DNA from: a candidate division WOR-3 bacterium
Lineage (GTDB): Bacteria > Hydrothermota > 32-111
DNA: 64,000 nt
Direction of reading: 5' to 3'
NCBI GenBank assembly: GCA_037481815.1
Contig: JBBFKX010000001.1
Span: forward strand, 672,001 to 736,000
The notes below the pieces were generated by a model, which did not search any database, had not been told where the DNA came from, and saw nothing but the letters and a program-made list of their open reading frames with translations. Of the stretch, positions 41,787 to 52,335 are shown piece after piece; positions within the stretch are counted from its first letter, which is position 1, and each line of letters starts with the position of its first letter. Position numbers and translations under genes: made by a program.

Positions 41787-44700
41787 ATGAAAAAACTTTT
41801 CACATTTACATTGCTCCTTCTCTTTGTGGCTGTAGCAGTTTTTGCTGTTCCAGCAAGACCTGGTTTCAGGGTCTTTGAGCAACCGGATGGAACAAAGTTT
41901 ATTGCTCAATTAAAGGGAGATGAGCATTTCCATTTTGCTGAAACTGAGGATAGGTATGCTATCATCAGAAACAGTGAGGGATGGTGGACTTATGCCAACA
42001 AAGTTGATGGAATTTTGGTTCCTTCGCTTTTCATAGTTGGAAAGGATAATCCACCATTTCCAAAAGGTTTAAGACCTGACCCGGATAAGGTTGCTGCTCT
42101 TCCAGGAAACGAGTTCAAAATGATAAACTGGACAAAACTTTTCAATATCAACGATGAGGCAGCAACAAAAGCGGGTTACACAGACAGAAAATTTTTGGTC
42201 ATACTTGGATGCTTTGATGATTCATCATTTTTAGGTACAGTAAAACCAGCAACAAGATGGGATATCAACTCCTGGACATTAAGGTCTGGTTTTACTTCAG
42301 GAAGATATGGTGGAACCGCACATGATTCGTTATACTGGGATTCAGTATTCTTTTCAAACTCTCCAGGTTCCTTTAAAACATTTTTTAAAGAGATCTCTTT
42401 TGGAAGATGGCTTATCGATACTGCATGCCATGTTCAGGGACCAGTTTCATCAGGTAAAACTTATGGAGCATACGGCGATGGTGCAGAGTTGACATACATG
42501 CAAGACATTATTTACAGAAGTTCAGGAAGGATGAAAACAACACCACACAGAGCAGATCAGAATGCATATTCTGACTACGATGGTGATGGCGATGGTTATG
42601 TTGATCACTGGATTGTTGTTCGTGCTGGTGGTGAACAGTCAGCAACAGGATCTTTAAAAGACATGTGGGCAACAAAATATACAACAACTGTTTCAACAAC
42701 TACTGGTGCAACAGTTAGAAACCCGACCAACGCTGGAGAGTTAACCGATTCTTTAGCAAATACATGGACTTTAACACAACTTCTTGATACACAATTTGTC
42801 AGATCATACACGATGGGTATAGGTGTTCATGCTCATGAGTCATTCCATGCTTTCAGTGCACCTGATCTTTATGATTATGGTTATGAAGGTGAACCAGCAG
42901 ATGTATGGAGTTTGATGGATGGAGGATCATGGACAGGTGATGGAATACAATCAGGCTCAAGGCCACCACATCCAGGTGCAATGCTTCAGTACTCATTCAG
43001 AGGTTATCCTGAAAGTGGTGATACAACGGCAGGATTTATGCCTGATGATTGGGATCAGTTGATAACAACAAATGGAAGATATTTTGTGGTTGGTCTTGCT
43101 GCTGATTCTTCAAAAGGTGGTCCAAGATTCATCATGGCAAGAAACGCTGCAATGACAACAGCAGGAGAATATTTCTTTATTGAAAATAGATGTAATAAAG
43201 GATTCTTTGAATCATGCTTACCTGAGCATGGTTTGATTATCGTTCATTATGACCAGTCAGAAAAGGGAACATATTATAATGATGGTCCTGACTATTATAC
43301 ATACTGGGTAGAACAGAGGGGCTTTGATCCACAATTACATGTAACTTATCCAAATGATACAATCTATAGAGATGCAGGTCAGGCACCATATTTTGCTGGT
43401 GATGATTATGAATTCACAAACCTCACAAAAGCAGGTGCAAATGTTAACGGGTCAACAACTAACTTTGGCCCATACATAATATCAATTTCAGCACCTGGCG
43501 ATACGATGTGGTTTACAATCGATAACGCAACAGTTCCAGCCACAGCATCATTTGCTTATAAATCACATACAGTTTATGATACTTTAACAAATTATTCAAA
43601 TAACAATGGTACTGTTGATCCAGATGAAGTTGTTGATCTTGTGATTGCAGTGAAAAATGTTGGTGGAAACGCATCGAGTGTTGCTGCTAAGTTAAGACAT
43701 AAATATGGTCTTGTAACTGTTCTTGATTCAACTGCAAACTATGGAACGATCAACTCACTTGCAACAGTTTCAAACACTGGTGATGTATTCAGAATCAAAG
43801 TAAAACCAGGTTGTCCAACAGATACAATACTCTTCTTCACACTTTACTTTACATCTTCAAACGGTTCAAACGAAGCAGAGTTTGGTATAAAACTTAATTC
43901 AACACCTCTTGTTTATACAACAACATTAAGAACCTCTGTATCGAGTTCTCTGACTGATGCTGCAGGAATTGATCTTATGTACTTCCCAGACATTAACGAC
44001 TGGCTATTTATGGCTGCTGGAACTGGACTTGGAAACTTTATGGGCACAGGTGCTAAAAAGATGTTTATACTTGATCTTTCAACATGGGGAACAGTTATAA
44101 AAGATTCATTCGTGTATGCTGGTGCAAACTACCTTATGTGTATGGATCATGATGCACAGGGAAGAATCTGGTATTCTTCTGGTGACTCAGCATACTGCTA
44201 TGACATTTCATCAGGTTCACCTGTTAATGTTGGAAGATTAAGATGGCCAAACTCTGATTATGCTGGAACAGTAATGAAAAGAGTCAGAGGAATAACATTT
44301 GATAACAACGACTCACTCTACGGTTACTGGCAGACATATGGAACATTTGAAGAATCAATCTATGGAGTTAGAAAGACACTTGGAACTTTATCGACAATAT
44401 GGGATAGAGCAGCACTTCTTGATGGAACAAGTTATGGTGGAAAGTGGAACAACGGTAGAGGTATTGAATGGGATGGAACATGTCTCTGGTCAGTCAACAT
44501 ATTTGAGAATTTGATATTTAGAAAATATCCAATAAACAATCCTTCAGTTCCTTCAAACCTTGAATTCAAGACAATCAACACAATCTCCTGTCCTTCAGTT
44601 GTTGGAAGTTATCCTGCTTATGATATTGCATTACAGGCAGTTTCTTCTGACGGAGTTACACCTGCTGTTCCTTATGCTTTTGGAAACAAATATTATATGT

Positions 44701-45602
44701 GGACTATGAATATGGACAACTCAGAAGTTACAAAAATAGATGTAACCGCACTTGTTCTCCCACAGCAGGTTGATCTTGTTACTTCTGCTTGCACATTCAA
44801 CGATGCTAAAGATAGTGTGACGCTTGTTTGGAAGAAGAACCCATTGAATGACTTTGTTACAAAATACATTGTCTACAGATCACAGGATGCAAACTTCTAT
44901 GCTACTTCAAAAGATTCTGTGTTAACAACAACAGACACAACCGCAAAATTTGTCATACCAAACACAAAAGGTCTCCATTACTTCAAAGTCAGAGCGGTTA
45001 ACTATCAGGGTTACTCATTCAACACATCTGATGAGGTTTATGTTGTTAACAACACAACAACAGCACTCAACACTGTTTCACTTGTTGCAACACAAAAAGG
45101 TACAGATGTTTACCTTGAATGGGAGAAAGAAGGTATAAACAGTGGTTCAGCATGGGAAGTTTCAAGAGCGAAAGATAATGGGCAGTTTGAGGTTGTTGGT
45201 TCTGTTGATTTCAAATCAACAAAATTTGTTGATAACAAGATCTCTGAAAACGGAACCTACACATACAAACTTGACCTTGTAAAACTCGGTGGTGAAAAGG
45301 TAACATATGGACAGGCCTCAATTAAATTCTTCAATCCTTATGTGTTCAAACTCTATCAACTTGACAAGAATCCAGTCAAAGGTAGTTTCAATATAAACTA
45401 CTCAATCGATAGAGAGGACTATGTTACTTTGAAAGTGTACTCAGTTACAGGTCAGGTTGTTGCCACACTTGCAAACGGAGTTATGACTCCAGGTAGATAC
45501 ACAGCAAAAGTTGATGAAAAGAAACTTTCAGCAGGTATCTACTATGTTGTTCTAACTCAGGGAACAAAGAAAGATAATATCAAGGTTACAGTTTTAAAGT
45601 AA
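41787..45602 (+). CDS. Secreted M6-family (immune inhibitor A-like) metalloprotease with C-terminal T9SS type-A-like domain
   Basis: Signal peptide + AVPA..QPDG..GDEH propeptide; DYDGDGDGYVD; HESFH..APDLYD; WSLM.GGSW; EYFFIENR; C-terminal VYSVTGQVV..LSAGIYYV..K; AGGAGG RBS. Confidence 0.92.
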   Translation: MKKLFTFTLLLLFVAVAVFAVPARPGFRVFEQPDGTKFIAQLKGDEHFHFAETEDRYAIIRNSEGWWTYANKVDGILVPSLFIVGKDNPPFPKGLRPDPDKVAALPGNEFKMINWTKLFNINDEAATKAGYTDRKFLVILGCFDDSSFLGTVKPATRWDINSWTLRSGFTSGRYGGTAHDSLYWDSVFFSNSPGSFKTFFKEISFGRWLIDTACHVQGPVSSGKTYGAYGDGAELTYMQDIIYRSSGRMKTTPHRADQNAYSDYDGDGDGYVDHWIVVRAGGEQSATGSLKDMWATKYTTTVSTTTGATVRNPTNAGELTDSLANTWTLTQLLDTQFVRSYTMGIGVHAHESFHAFSAPDLYDYGYEGEPADVWSLMDGGSWTGDGIQSGSRPPHPGAMLQYSFRGYPESGDTTAGFMPDDWDQLITTNGRYFVVGLAADSSKGGPRFIMARNAAMTTAGEYFFIENRCNKGFFESCLPEHGLIIVHYDQSEKGTYYNDGPDYYTYWVEQRGFDPQLHVTYPNDTIYRDAGQAPYFAGDDYEFTNLTKAGANVNGSTTNFGPYIISISAPGDTMWFTIDNATVPATASFAYKSHTVYDTLTNYSNNNGTVDPDEVVDLVIAVKNVGGNASSVAAKLRHKYGLVTVLDSTANYGTINSLATVSNTGDVFRIKVKPGCPTDTILFFTLYFTSSNGSNEAEFGIKLNSTPLVYTTTLRTSVSSSLTDAAGIDLMYFPDINDWLFMAAGTGLGNFMGTGAKKMFILDLSTWGTVIKDSFVYAGANYLMCMDHDAQGRIWYSSGDSAYCYDISSGSPVNVGRLRWPNSDYAGTVMKRVRGITFDNNDSLYGYWQTYGTFEESIYGVRKTLGTLSTIWDRAALLDGTSYGGKWNNGRGIEWDGTCLWSVNIFENLIFRKYPINNPSVPSNLEFKTINTISCPSVVGSYPAYDIALQAVSSDGVTPAVPYAFGNKYYMWTMNMDNSEVTKIDVTALVLPQQVDLVTSACTFNDAKDSVTLVWKKNPLNDFVTKYIVYRSQDANFYATSKDSVLTTTDTTAKFVIPNTKGLHYFKVRAVNYQGYSFNTSDEVYVVNNTTTALNTVSLVATQKGTDVYLEWEKEGINSGSAWEVSRAKDNGQFEVVGSVDFKSTKFVDNKISENGTYTYKLDLVKLGGEKVTYGQASIKFFNPYVFKLYQLDKNPVKGSFNINYSIDREDYVTLKVYSVTGQVVATLANGVMTPGRYTAKVDEKKLSAGIYYVVLTQGTKKDNIKVTVLK

Positions 45603-45614
45603 CCAAATTAAAAT

Positions 45615-45641
45615 AAAAGGGGGCTTTTTAAGCCCCCTTTT
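45615..45641. terminator. Bidirectional intrinsic terminator
   Basis: aaaagggggctt-ttt-aagccccctttt between convergent genes. Confidence 0.88.
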
Positions 45642-46781
45642 TTATTTATAAACTTTTTCAAGAATCTCTTTTGAAATTTTTTCCCAGGTAAAATTCGAAG
45701 AAAAATTTCTCAAGTATTCCCTATCCCATCTGTATTCAACCGCTTCAACAAGTTTTTTTACAAATTCTTGCTTATCCCTTTTTTCAACGATAAAACCTGT
45801 TTTATAATCCTTAACAACTTCTCTTACACCACCGACATCAAATGAAACAACAGGAACACCAGAAGAAAACGACTCAAAAAGTATCGTCGGGAACCCTTCT
45901 GATCTACTTGTTATCAAGGTCAAAAATGCTTTTCTATATATATCTTTCATTCTAATTCTTTCAACAAAACCCTGAAAACCAACATAATCGTTTATTTTAT
46001 ATTCATCGATTCTTTTTAAAACCTGCTCCTTCAATGGCCCATCTCCAACGATTATCAATTTAAAATCTTTTCTTATTTTTAAAAACTCATTAAAAATATC
46101 TATCAACAATAGAGGATCTTTTACCTCTGTTAACCTCCCAACAAAAAGAAGATTTTTTGACTCATCTGTAGATTCGAATATCTCTTTTATGCCGTTTCTG
46201 ATAACAATTGAGTTTTCGATTTTAAAATCATTTTTAAGAATCCTTTGCATTTTTTCACTAACAACTATAACCTTTTTTGATTTTTTAAGATAATAGTTTA
46301 CCAGGAACTTATCAAACGGTCTTCTGTTTATAAACATGAGATCAGACCCATGTATAGTGACAACAAAAGGGATTTTTTTTAACCTTGAAAGGATATACCC
46401 GGAAAATCCATCTGGGAAAAGTGTATGGGAATGGATAATATCAAATCGCTCGTCTTTTGTTTTTAAATAAAGTAGAAAAGAAATTAAAAAGGAGTCAAAA
46501 TGTTTAGAAAATACTTTTGGATATTTTAAAAATTTAAAATCATTTTTATCTTGTTTTATTTTGAACTTTTCTAATATTTTTTCCCTTTTACTGGTAAAAA
46601 AAATCAAAAATATTTCTTTTATTGAAGGGTTTATTCTAACTGGAACAAAAACTTTTAAATCGCATACTTTCTTCAGTTCTTCTACTTGTTCATAAATATA
46701 TATCCCTGTTGAAGGTGTTAACCGTTGGGGTGAATCTGGCCAGAGATGGGAGATCAAAAGGACTTTTTTATCCTTTCTCAT
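45642..46781 (-). CDS. Glycosyltransferase family 4 (TuaC-like)
   Basis: IIHSH..FPDG, TIHGSD, FVGRL..K, SEGFPTILFE, VGGVREV. Confidence 0.9.
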   Translation of the reverse strand: MRKDKKVLLISHLWPDSPQRLTPSTGIYIYEQVEELKKVCDLKVFVPVRINPSIKEIFLIFFTSKREKILEKFKIKQDKNDFKFLKYPKVFSKHFDSFLISFLLYLKTKDERFDIIHSHTLFPDGFSGYILSRLKKIPFVVTIHGSDLMFINRRPFDKFLVNYYLKKSKKVIVVSEKMQRILKNDFKIENSIVIRNGIKEIFESTDESKNLLFVGRLTEVKDPLLLIDIFNEFLKIRKDFKLIIVGDGPLKEQVLKRIDEYKINDYVGFQGFVERIRMKDIYRKAFLTLITSRSEGFPTILFESFSSGVPVVSFDVGGVREVVKDYKTGFIVEKRDKQEFVKKLVEAVEYRWDREYLRNFSSNFTWEKISKEILEKVYK

Positions 46782-47862
46782 ACTCTATAAGTTTTATTTT
46801 CAGATCTTTATCTATATTTTTTTGTTCGATATCCCTTTCATCCTTGACTATGAATTGTTGAAATTTATCGATTGTTTTTATATGAACCAATTTCCTTTCT
46901 CCATCAAAAACACCAAATATGTTATGTTTTTCAGGTGAAGGGAAAGGTCCATCAACACCACCAGTTTCAAAATAGATTTCAAAAACTTTTTTCCTCTCTT
47001 TAAAAAAACCTTTTTCAACAAACTCCCTTTTTAATTTTCCATCAATATTTTCTGGAACTTTTATTCCAACAGAATCGAGGAGTAAGGGTAGAAAATCTAC
47101 AGTTGAATGGAGAGAGTTTTCTTCTTCCTTTTTGTTTTCTCCATATTTTATTACAAAATTATGTAAGGTATAATTGTAAAGAAAAACTCCATAAGCCCTT
47201 TCACCAAAAATCTCACCTGTTGATGCACCATGATCTGAAAGAATCCAAATATTGCTATTTTCATTCAATTTTTTTTCTTTTAACAGAGAAAGGATTTTTT
47301 TTAAATACTCTCCAGAAATTCTTATATCATTTTTGTATCTTTCTCTATTTTTTTCAAGATTGTTGAAATATTCTTCGGATCTATCATTATAAACATTTAA
47401 AACATTGTTAACAAGTGATGTATGTATTTTTGAATAGTGTAGATATAGAAAAAATGGTTTATATTCTTTCATTTTCTCAGCGTTTTCTTGGACAAACTCT
47501 ATATGTTTTTTTTCAACATCCTGATTGTATTCATCGTGTAGAGTATAAACATCAAAACCTCTATTAGCCATAACAACTGGACTTGGAATGTTCGCAAAAG
47601 TTGAATAACCATTTTCTTTCAAATACTGTGGTATTATCTTAACATTCTGTTTTAGATCGTTAGGTCTGAAATATCCATTAACACCATTATTTTTCGGATA
47701 AAGCCCCGTAAAAATCGTATGCATTGAACCGATTGTATATGGTGATGCTGTATAGAACCTGTTGTACCAGATCGATTTTGAAAACAGTTCCTGATACATA
47801 AAATCTTCTTTTACAAAATCGTACCTTGCTCCATCTATCACTATTAAAATTATGTTCTTCAT
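46768..47862 (-). CDS. Sulfatase/alkaline-phosphatase-superfamily hydrolase or transferase (Thr nucleophile)
   Basis: IVIDGARYD, SPYTIGSMHTIFTG, FLYLH..H, SDHG; no signal peptide. Confidence 0.8.
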   Translation of the reverse strand: MKNIILIVIDGARYDFVKEDFMYQELFSKSIWYNRFYTASPYTIGSMHTIFTGLYPKNNGVNGYFRPNDLKQNVKIIPQYLKENGYSTFANIPSPVVMANRGFDVYTLHDEYNQDVEKKHIEFVQENAEKMKEYKPFFLYLHYSKIHTSLVNNVLNVYNDRSEEYFNNLEKNRERYKNDIRISGEYLKKILSLLKEKKLNENSNIWILSDHGASTGEIFGERAYGVFLYNYTLHNFVIKYGENKKEEENSLHSTVDFLPLLLDSVGIKVPENIDGKLKREFVEKGFFKERKKVFEIYFETGGVDGPFPSPEKHNIFGVFDGERKLVHIKTIDKFQQFIVKDERDIEQKNIDKDLKIKLIEYEKG

Positions 47863-48608
47863 TTTTTATTTTTTAGCAAATTTTTATATATAACTTCTCT
47901 TGCGTATGAAAGATCCTCAAAAGTATCGACCTCAGTCCATAAAAGTCCATCAGTGTAAACTGGTTTGAAAAAAACTCCTTCTTTTGATATGTCAACGAGA
48001 AGATCTTCATAGTATTTACCTTTCGCTGAAAAATCAAATGAATCATAATGTTTCATCATAGCTTTTATTGAGTCAAATTTCACCATCGTTATACCGATAT
48101 ACTCACCAACAGAGTCCTCTATTCTATTTTTTTTGGACAGAGAGGAAACATATCCATCTTTTAACAGAACCTTCATCTCCTCCTCTCCGAGAGTTTTAAC
48201 ATTGTCTACAACAATACAGTTTTCATAGTGAGTTAGAACTTTTTTGAGAATTTCACCATCAAAAATAATATCACTGTTAAAAATTATAAAATCTTTTGTT
48301 ATATGTGGTAATGCTGTAAAAAGTGTATAACAGTTGTTATATTCTTTATATTTTTTGTTTTCAACAAAAGTAAAATTTATATCTTTAAACTTTTTTCTTA
48401 AACTTAAAACATAACTTTTTAAAACAGAAAATTGGTGACCTCCAACGATCAAAATATCTTTTAATCCATTTTTATAAATATTTTCTATAATAAGGCCTAT
48501 GAAAGTTGTTCTTCCGACTCTTAACATCGTCTTTGGTTTTTTTTCCGTATCTGGCTTCAACCTTTCGCCTGTTCCTGCTGCAAGAATAACTGCTTGAAAA
48601 TTTTTCAT
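47859..48608 (-). CDS. LicC/PntC-like cytidylyltransferase (NTP transferase)
   Basis: LAAGTGERL..KPK, N..Y..YNN..TL, NSD, EEEMKV, GEYIGI, YYED, WTEVDTFEDL. Confidence 0.85.
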   Translation of the reverse strand: MKNFQAVILAAGTGERLKPDTEKKPKTMLRVGRTTFIGLIIENIYKNGLKDILIVGGHQFSVLKSYVLSLRKKFKDINFTFVENKKYKEYNNCYTLFTALPHITKDFIIFNSDIIFDGEILKKVLTHYENCIVVDNVKTLGEEEMKVLLKDGYVSSLSKKNRIEDSVGEYIGITMVKFDSIKAMMKHYDSFDFSAKGKYYEDLLVDISKEGVFFKPVYTDGLLWTEVDTFEDLSYAREVIYKNLLKNKK

Positions 48609-48610
48609 CT

Positions 48611-50110
48611 TTACTCCCTATCTTTCAGATAACCTAATCTTCTCAATTCCTCTTTTACAAATTCATCATCAACTTTTACTTCCTCTTTTTTCCTTTTTAC
48701 CAGAAAATCGTAAGAATCTATCATTGTTGTTTCAGAGAATTTATAGAGAGGTTTTCCATCAAAATCTTTTGCCAATGGCAGGTTTAAAAAAGAAAGAAGT
48801 GATGGAAGAAAATCGTATATTGTTGAGTTTCCAATATTCCCCTTAAATTTCAGACCTTTATCATAAATCATAAAAATCCCTGTCTTGTCATGATCAGCAG
48901 ATCTTTCAATATCGTTAACATCAACAAGGGAAAGAAAATCAAAATAATCCGTTCCAATAAGAACTTTAAGGTTTGAAAGATCCTCCTCTTTAAACTTACC
49001 TTTGTCAAACTGAGTAACCTTTAAAAAAATTCTTCCACTCTCATCTTTTTCAACAACTTCAAAAAATCTTTCTCCTGAGGGTTTAATTATTATGTTTTTA
49101 AAGAAACCGATAAGATTTTCTGGATCCAATCCACTATTCTCTTTTACAACGATAACAGAGTTTAACCCGACAAAATAGATTTCAACTTTTCCAAGAATAT
49201 TTGTTTTTTCAAGAAAACTTTTCTGTTTTAGAGACAATGTTTTAAAACTCCCCTCTCTTATAGGTTTCATTCCGTGATCCGAGATTATGAAAAGAGATGA
49301 ATTTTTATTGTTTTCATATATTGTTCGTAAACTGTTGTCTATCTCTATGTATGCCTTTAAAAGAAAATCTCCATATTTTTTTCTTTCTTCATCAGAAACT
49401 TCGGGGAAATTTTCTCTGTCCGAATATTTCCAGAAATAGTGTGCTGCAGAATCTGACAAAGGAATGAAGAAAAACGATACATCGGTTTTAAAATTTTTTA
49501 CAAGATTCAAAAAAAGTGATAGATTTATCCTGTTCAAAAAAATTAATCTTTTAAAAAGTTTTAATTTTTTATCGTAAAATTTTTCAACCAACATATTAGA
49601 TGAAAGTTGTGTCAATGTTAAAAAATCCACTCCGATTTTTTTTAACTTAAAAAACAAGAATATATTTTTTAAAAGATTTCCTTTTTTCTTTCCTCTGAGT
49701 TCCATTATCGGAGAAAGATATGAAGGGAAAGTCCTGTTATCCCTAGCCATCGAGCATGGTATAGTGAACCCACCATAATTTTCAGGTGGCCAGGTCAACT
49801 CCCATCCAAAAGTTCCAACAGAGTATCCATAATGGTTCAAGATTTCAAACCATCTTGCTGAAACTATATCCTGCTGTAGATTAAAAAATGATAAAATTTT
49901 ATGTTTTTCTGCTTTTTTTCCAGTTGCTAGCGATGTCCATATTGTTGGTGAGATTGGAACCCTTGTATCCTGCTCAACAGAATCCATATAAGAGTATATC
50001 GAGTTTTCCTTCAAAAACTTAAAAAATGGCAGTTTACCCTCTTCTATAAATCTATCTATCAGAGTGAATGTCCCACCATCTATTCCAACAATAATAACTT
50101 TTTTCTTCAT
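48611..50110 (-). CDS. Alkaline-phosphatase-superfamily (nucleotide pyrophosphatase-like) protein
   Basis: GIDGGT, PISPTIWTSLATG, D..AHYFW, SDHG, ADH, terminal LRRLGYL. Confidence 0.85.
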   Translation of the reverse strand: MKKKVIIVGIDGGTFTLIDRFIEEGKLPFFKFLKENSIYSYMDSVEQDTRVPISPTIWTSLATGKKAEKHKILSFFNLQQDIVSARWFEILNHYGYSVGTFGWELTWPPENYGGFTIPCSMARDNRTFPSYLSPIMELRGKKKGNLLKNIFLFFKLKKIGVDFLTLTQLSSNMLVEKFYDKKLKLFKRLIFLNRINLSLFLNLVKNFKTDVSFFFIPLSDSAAHYFWKYSDRENFPEVSDEERKKYGDFLLKAYIEIDNSLRTIYENNKNSSLFIISDHGMKPIREGSFKTLSLKQKSFLEKTNILGKVEIYFVGLNSVIVVKENSGLDPENLIGFFKNIIIKPSGERFFEVVEKDESGRIFLKVTQFDKGKFKEEDLSNLKVLIGTDYFDFLSLVDVNDIERSADHDKTGIFMIYDKGLKFKGNIGNSTIYDFLPSLLSFLNLPLAKDFDGKPLYKFSETTMIDSYDFLVKRKKEEVKVDDEFVKEELRRLGYLKDRE

Positions 50111-50258
50111 AATTTTACATTATACAAACATAGAAATTTTATTCAAGTTAAATTTAGAAAAATAAAAAATACTTAAAAGTTTTCATTTTTTATATAAATA
50201 ATTATTGACACAATTTGAATATTAAAATATTATTTAAAAAATAAAATCAAAAGGGATT

Positions 50259-50879
50259 ATGATCTATAGGAAGTTAAAAGAGGTTGCTAAAGAAATATAT
50301 GTTGGACTAAATGTAAAAAATTATCTTGATAAAACCGAGATTGCACAAAACGATTCAGAAAAAAAGATTACACTTTATATCCCCATTATAAATATTTCCA
50401 ACATAACAGAGGATGGATTCTTTGTAGGGGATTTTAAAAGATTAAAAATCGTTTCCCAAAGAGAGATATTAAAGTATACTGTAAAGGAAAAAGACGTGAT
50501 TTTTAACTCCCGCGGTACAGCTTTAAAAGTTGCAATAGTCGATGAAGAACGGGCAGGTTACATCATAACATCAAATATGATCGCTGTCAGTTTGCTTGAT
50601 GAATTTATCACTCCCGAAATTTTCGAATTTTATTTAAGAAGTGAAAAGGGTTTTTATGAATTGATGAAATTATCTTTTTCTTCAAAAAATTCTATCAGAT
50701 TAACTAAGGAAAGTGTTGAAGAACTCAAAGTACCAATCTTAAAACCTAAGGAGTTAGTCAGTTTATCTGGATTGTTGAACGACTATAAAATAATTAAAAG
50801 CATAGCAAAAAATATATCAGCTGATCTTGATAAAATGTCATATTATATTATGAAAATTTTAAATAAAGATGAAAAATAA
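50259..50879 (+). CDS. hsdS: Half-size type I R-M specificity subunit (single TRD)
   Basis: KLKEVA.I..G, IPIINISNI, YTVKEKDVIF..RGT..KVAIV, P.IFEFYLRS, LTKESVEELKVPI then a helix; preceded by TTGACA-17-TATTAT (50205-50233). Confidence 0.72.
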   Translation: MIYRKLKEVAKEIYVGLNVKNYLDKTEIAQNDSEKKITLYIPIINISNITEDGFFVGDFKRLKIVSQREILKYTVKEKDVIFNSRGTALKVAIVDEERAGYIITSNMIAVSLLDEFITPEIFEFYLRSEKGFYELMKLSFSSKNSIRLTKESVEELKVPILKPKELVSLSGLLNDYKIIKSIAKNISADLDKMSYYIMKILNKDEK

Positions 50880-52335
50880 AAGTTTTGATAATCAAAAATT
50901 GAAAATAGAATGCCTTAAAAAATATAGAAAAATACTTAGTAAGGTTAATAAATCAAGATTTTCGTTTTTGGGGAATTTAGGTTCAGATTTTTTAAAACTC
51001 TTATTCATAAAATATATTTACTTGAATGAAGAAAATATCAAAAAATTTATCATTTTAGATGAGGGGCTTTCATGGAAAAACCTTTCTGAGATAAAAGAAG
51101 ACGTAGGAATATTTATTGATAAGATTTTCGAAAATTTAGCTAAAAATAATGAAAATTTATCAGTTTTTTCCTTTCTCGAAAATTTTTCTGAGCAAAAACA
51201 TCGAAGAGTTCCTTTTGACAAAAGATTTTCATTAAAATCAAGAGAAAAAATTTTAATCGATTTCATTGAGGAGTTAAACAAAGATTCATTTTTAAATCAA
51301 AAAAATACATTTAACTTATTTGTTAAAGAGATAATCACCCATCAACAGCATTTTTACTATAGAATAAATGGATTAAAATATAGAGAAAATACTAATGAAG
51401 TATTGAATTATTTAAATAGATATATCGAACAAAAAATAAAAAACAAAGAAGATCTATCTTTTTACATCCCCTATTTTAAAAGAAGTGAGTTCTATTTTGA
51501 TATAATACTAAAAGTTGCTACCCAAAAAAGTACTTTAAAAATTTACTGCAACGAATTTTGGGGGGAAGCACCTGCTTTGACAATGTTGAAACTTTTTTTG
51601 AATGGAATTTACAATGTTGAAATCAGAGCAAAGAAAGAACCATGGTTTGTTGATTTTTTTAAAGATGAAAAAGAAGATTTAAAAAAATATGACCTTGTTT
51701 TTGTTGATATGATTGATGAAAAATATGATATAGATGAAGAACAATATCGAAAGTTAAAAGAAAAAATTGAAACGGATTTAAAACTCTACTTAGATTCAAA
51801 AAATATAATATATTCTTTTCTTCTTGATAGTTTAAATGAAAAAGGGGTTCTTATTCTGCTCACCAACTACAATTTTCTAACCGTTTCTGGAAGTAAAAAG
51901 GAAGTGAGAAAATTTTTAGTTGAAAACAATTATCTTGATGAGGTTATATCGATATATGGGTTTTTAAAATCGCCTGTCGGGTATGATCCCGTTATAGTTC
52001 TTGTTGATAAAAACAGAGAGAAAAACAGAAAGGTAACATTTGTTGATCTTGAAAGAGTGGTTACTAAGTTGTCACAGAAAAATAAAAGTGAAGAAAAAAA
52101 TATTTTGAATGAGAATCTTGATATATTAAAAGATATAGAGTACGCAATGGTTCAAAAAAAGAATGAAGATATAAAAGAGAATGATTACAACTTTAATGTA
52201 TTCAAATATCTTTCTTATCTGCCTCAAGATTACAATGAAGCATTAGAGGAAATTGCTAAAAGGTTAAATGGAACAACAGAAGAATTTCAAAAAAGATTGA
52301 ATGAATTTTTGATAAAAATAAAAAAATTGAAATAA
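50869..52335 (+). CDS. HsdM-like protein with degenerate SAM-binding and catalytic motifs (pseudo-methyltransferase)
   Basis: HsdM scaffold recognisable (LLFIKY..W..L..IDKIFENL; CNE..L..LFLNGI; L..KGVL..FL..G..KEVRKFLVENNYLDEVI; IKENDYNFNV.KY), but motif I reads YIPYFKRSEF and motif IV reads VFVDMID; ORF uninterrupted. Confidence 0.72.
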   Translation: MKNKSFDNQKLKIECLKKYRKILSKVNKSRFSFLGNLGSDFLKLLFIKYIYLNEENIKKFIILDEGLSWKNLSEIKEDVGIFIDKIFENLAKNNENLSVFSFLENFSEQKHRRVPFDKRFSLKSREKILIDFIEELNKDSFLNQKNTFNLFVKEIITHQQHFYYRINGLKYRENTNEVLNYLNRYIEQKIKNKEDLSFYIPYFKRSEFYFDIILKVATQKSTLKIYCNEFWGEAPALTMLKLFLNGIYNVEIRAKKEPWFVDFFKDEKEDLKKYDLVFVDMIDEKYDIDEEQYRKLKEKIETDLKLYLDSKNIIYSFLLDSLNEKGVLILLTNYNFLTVSGSKKEVRKFLVENNYLDEVISIYGFLKSPVGYDPVIVLVDKNREKNRKVTFVDLERVVTKLSQKNKSEEKNILNENLDILKDIEYAMVQKKNEDIKENDYNFNVFKYLSYLPQDYNEALEEIAKRLNGTTEEFQKRLNEFLIKIKKLK

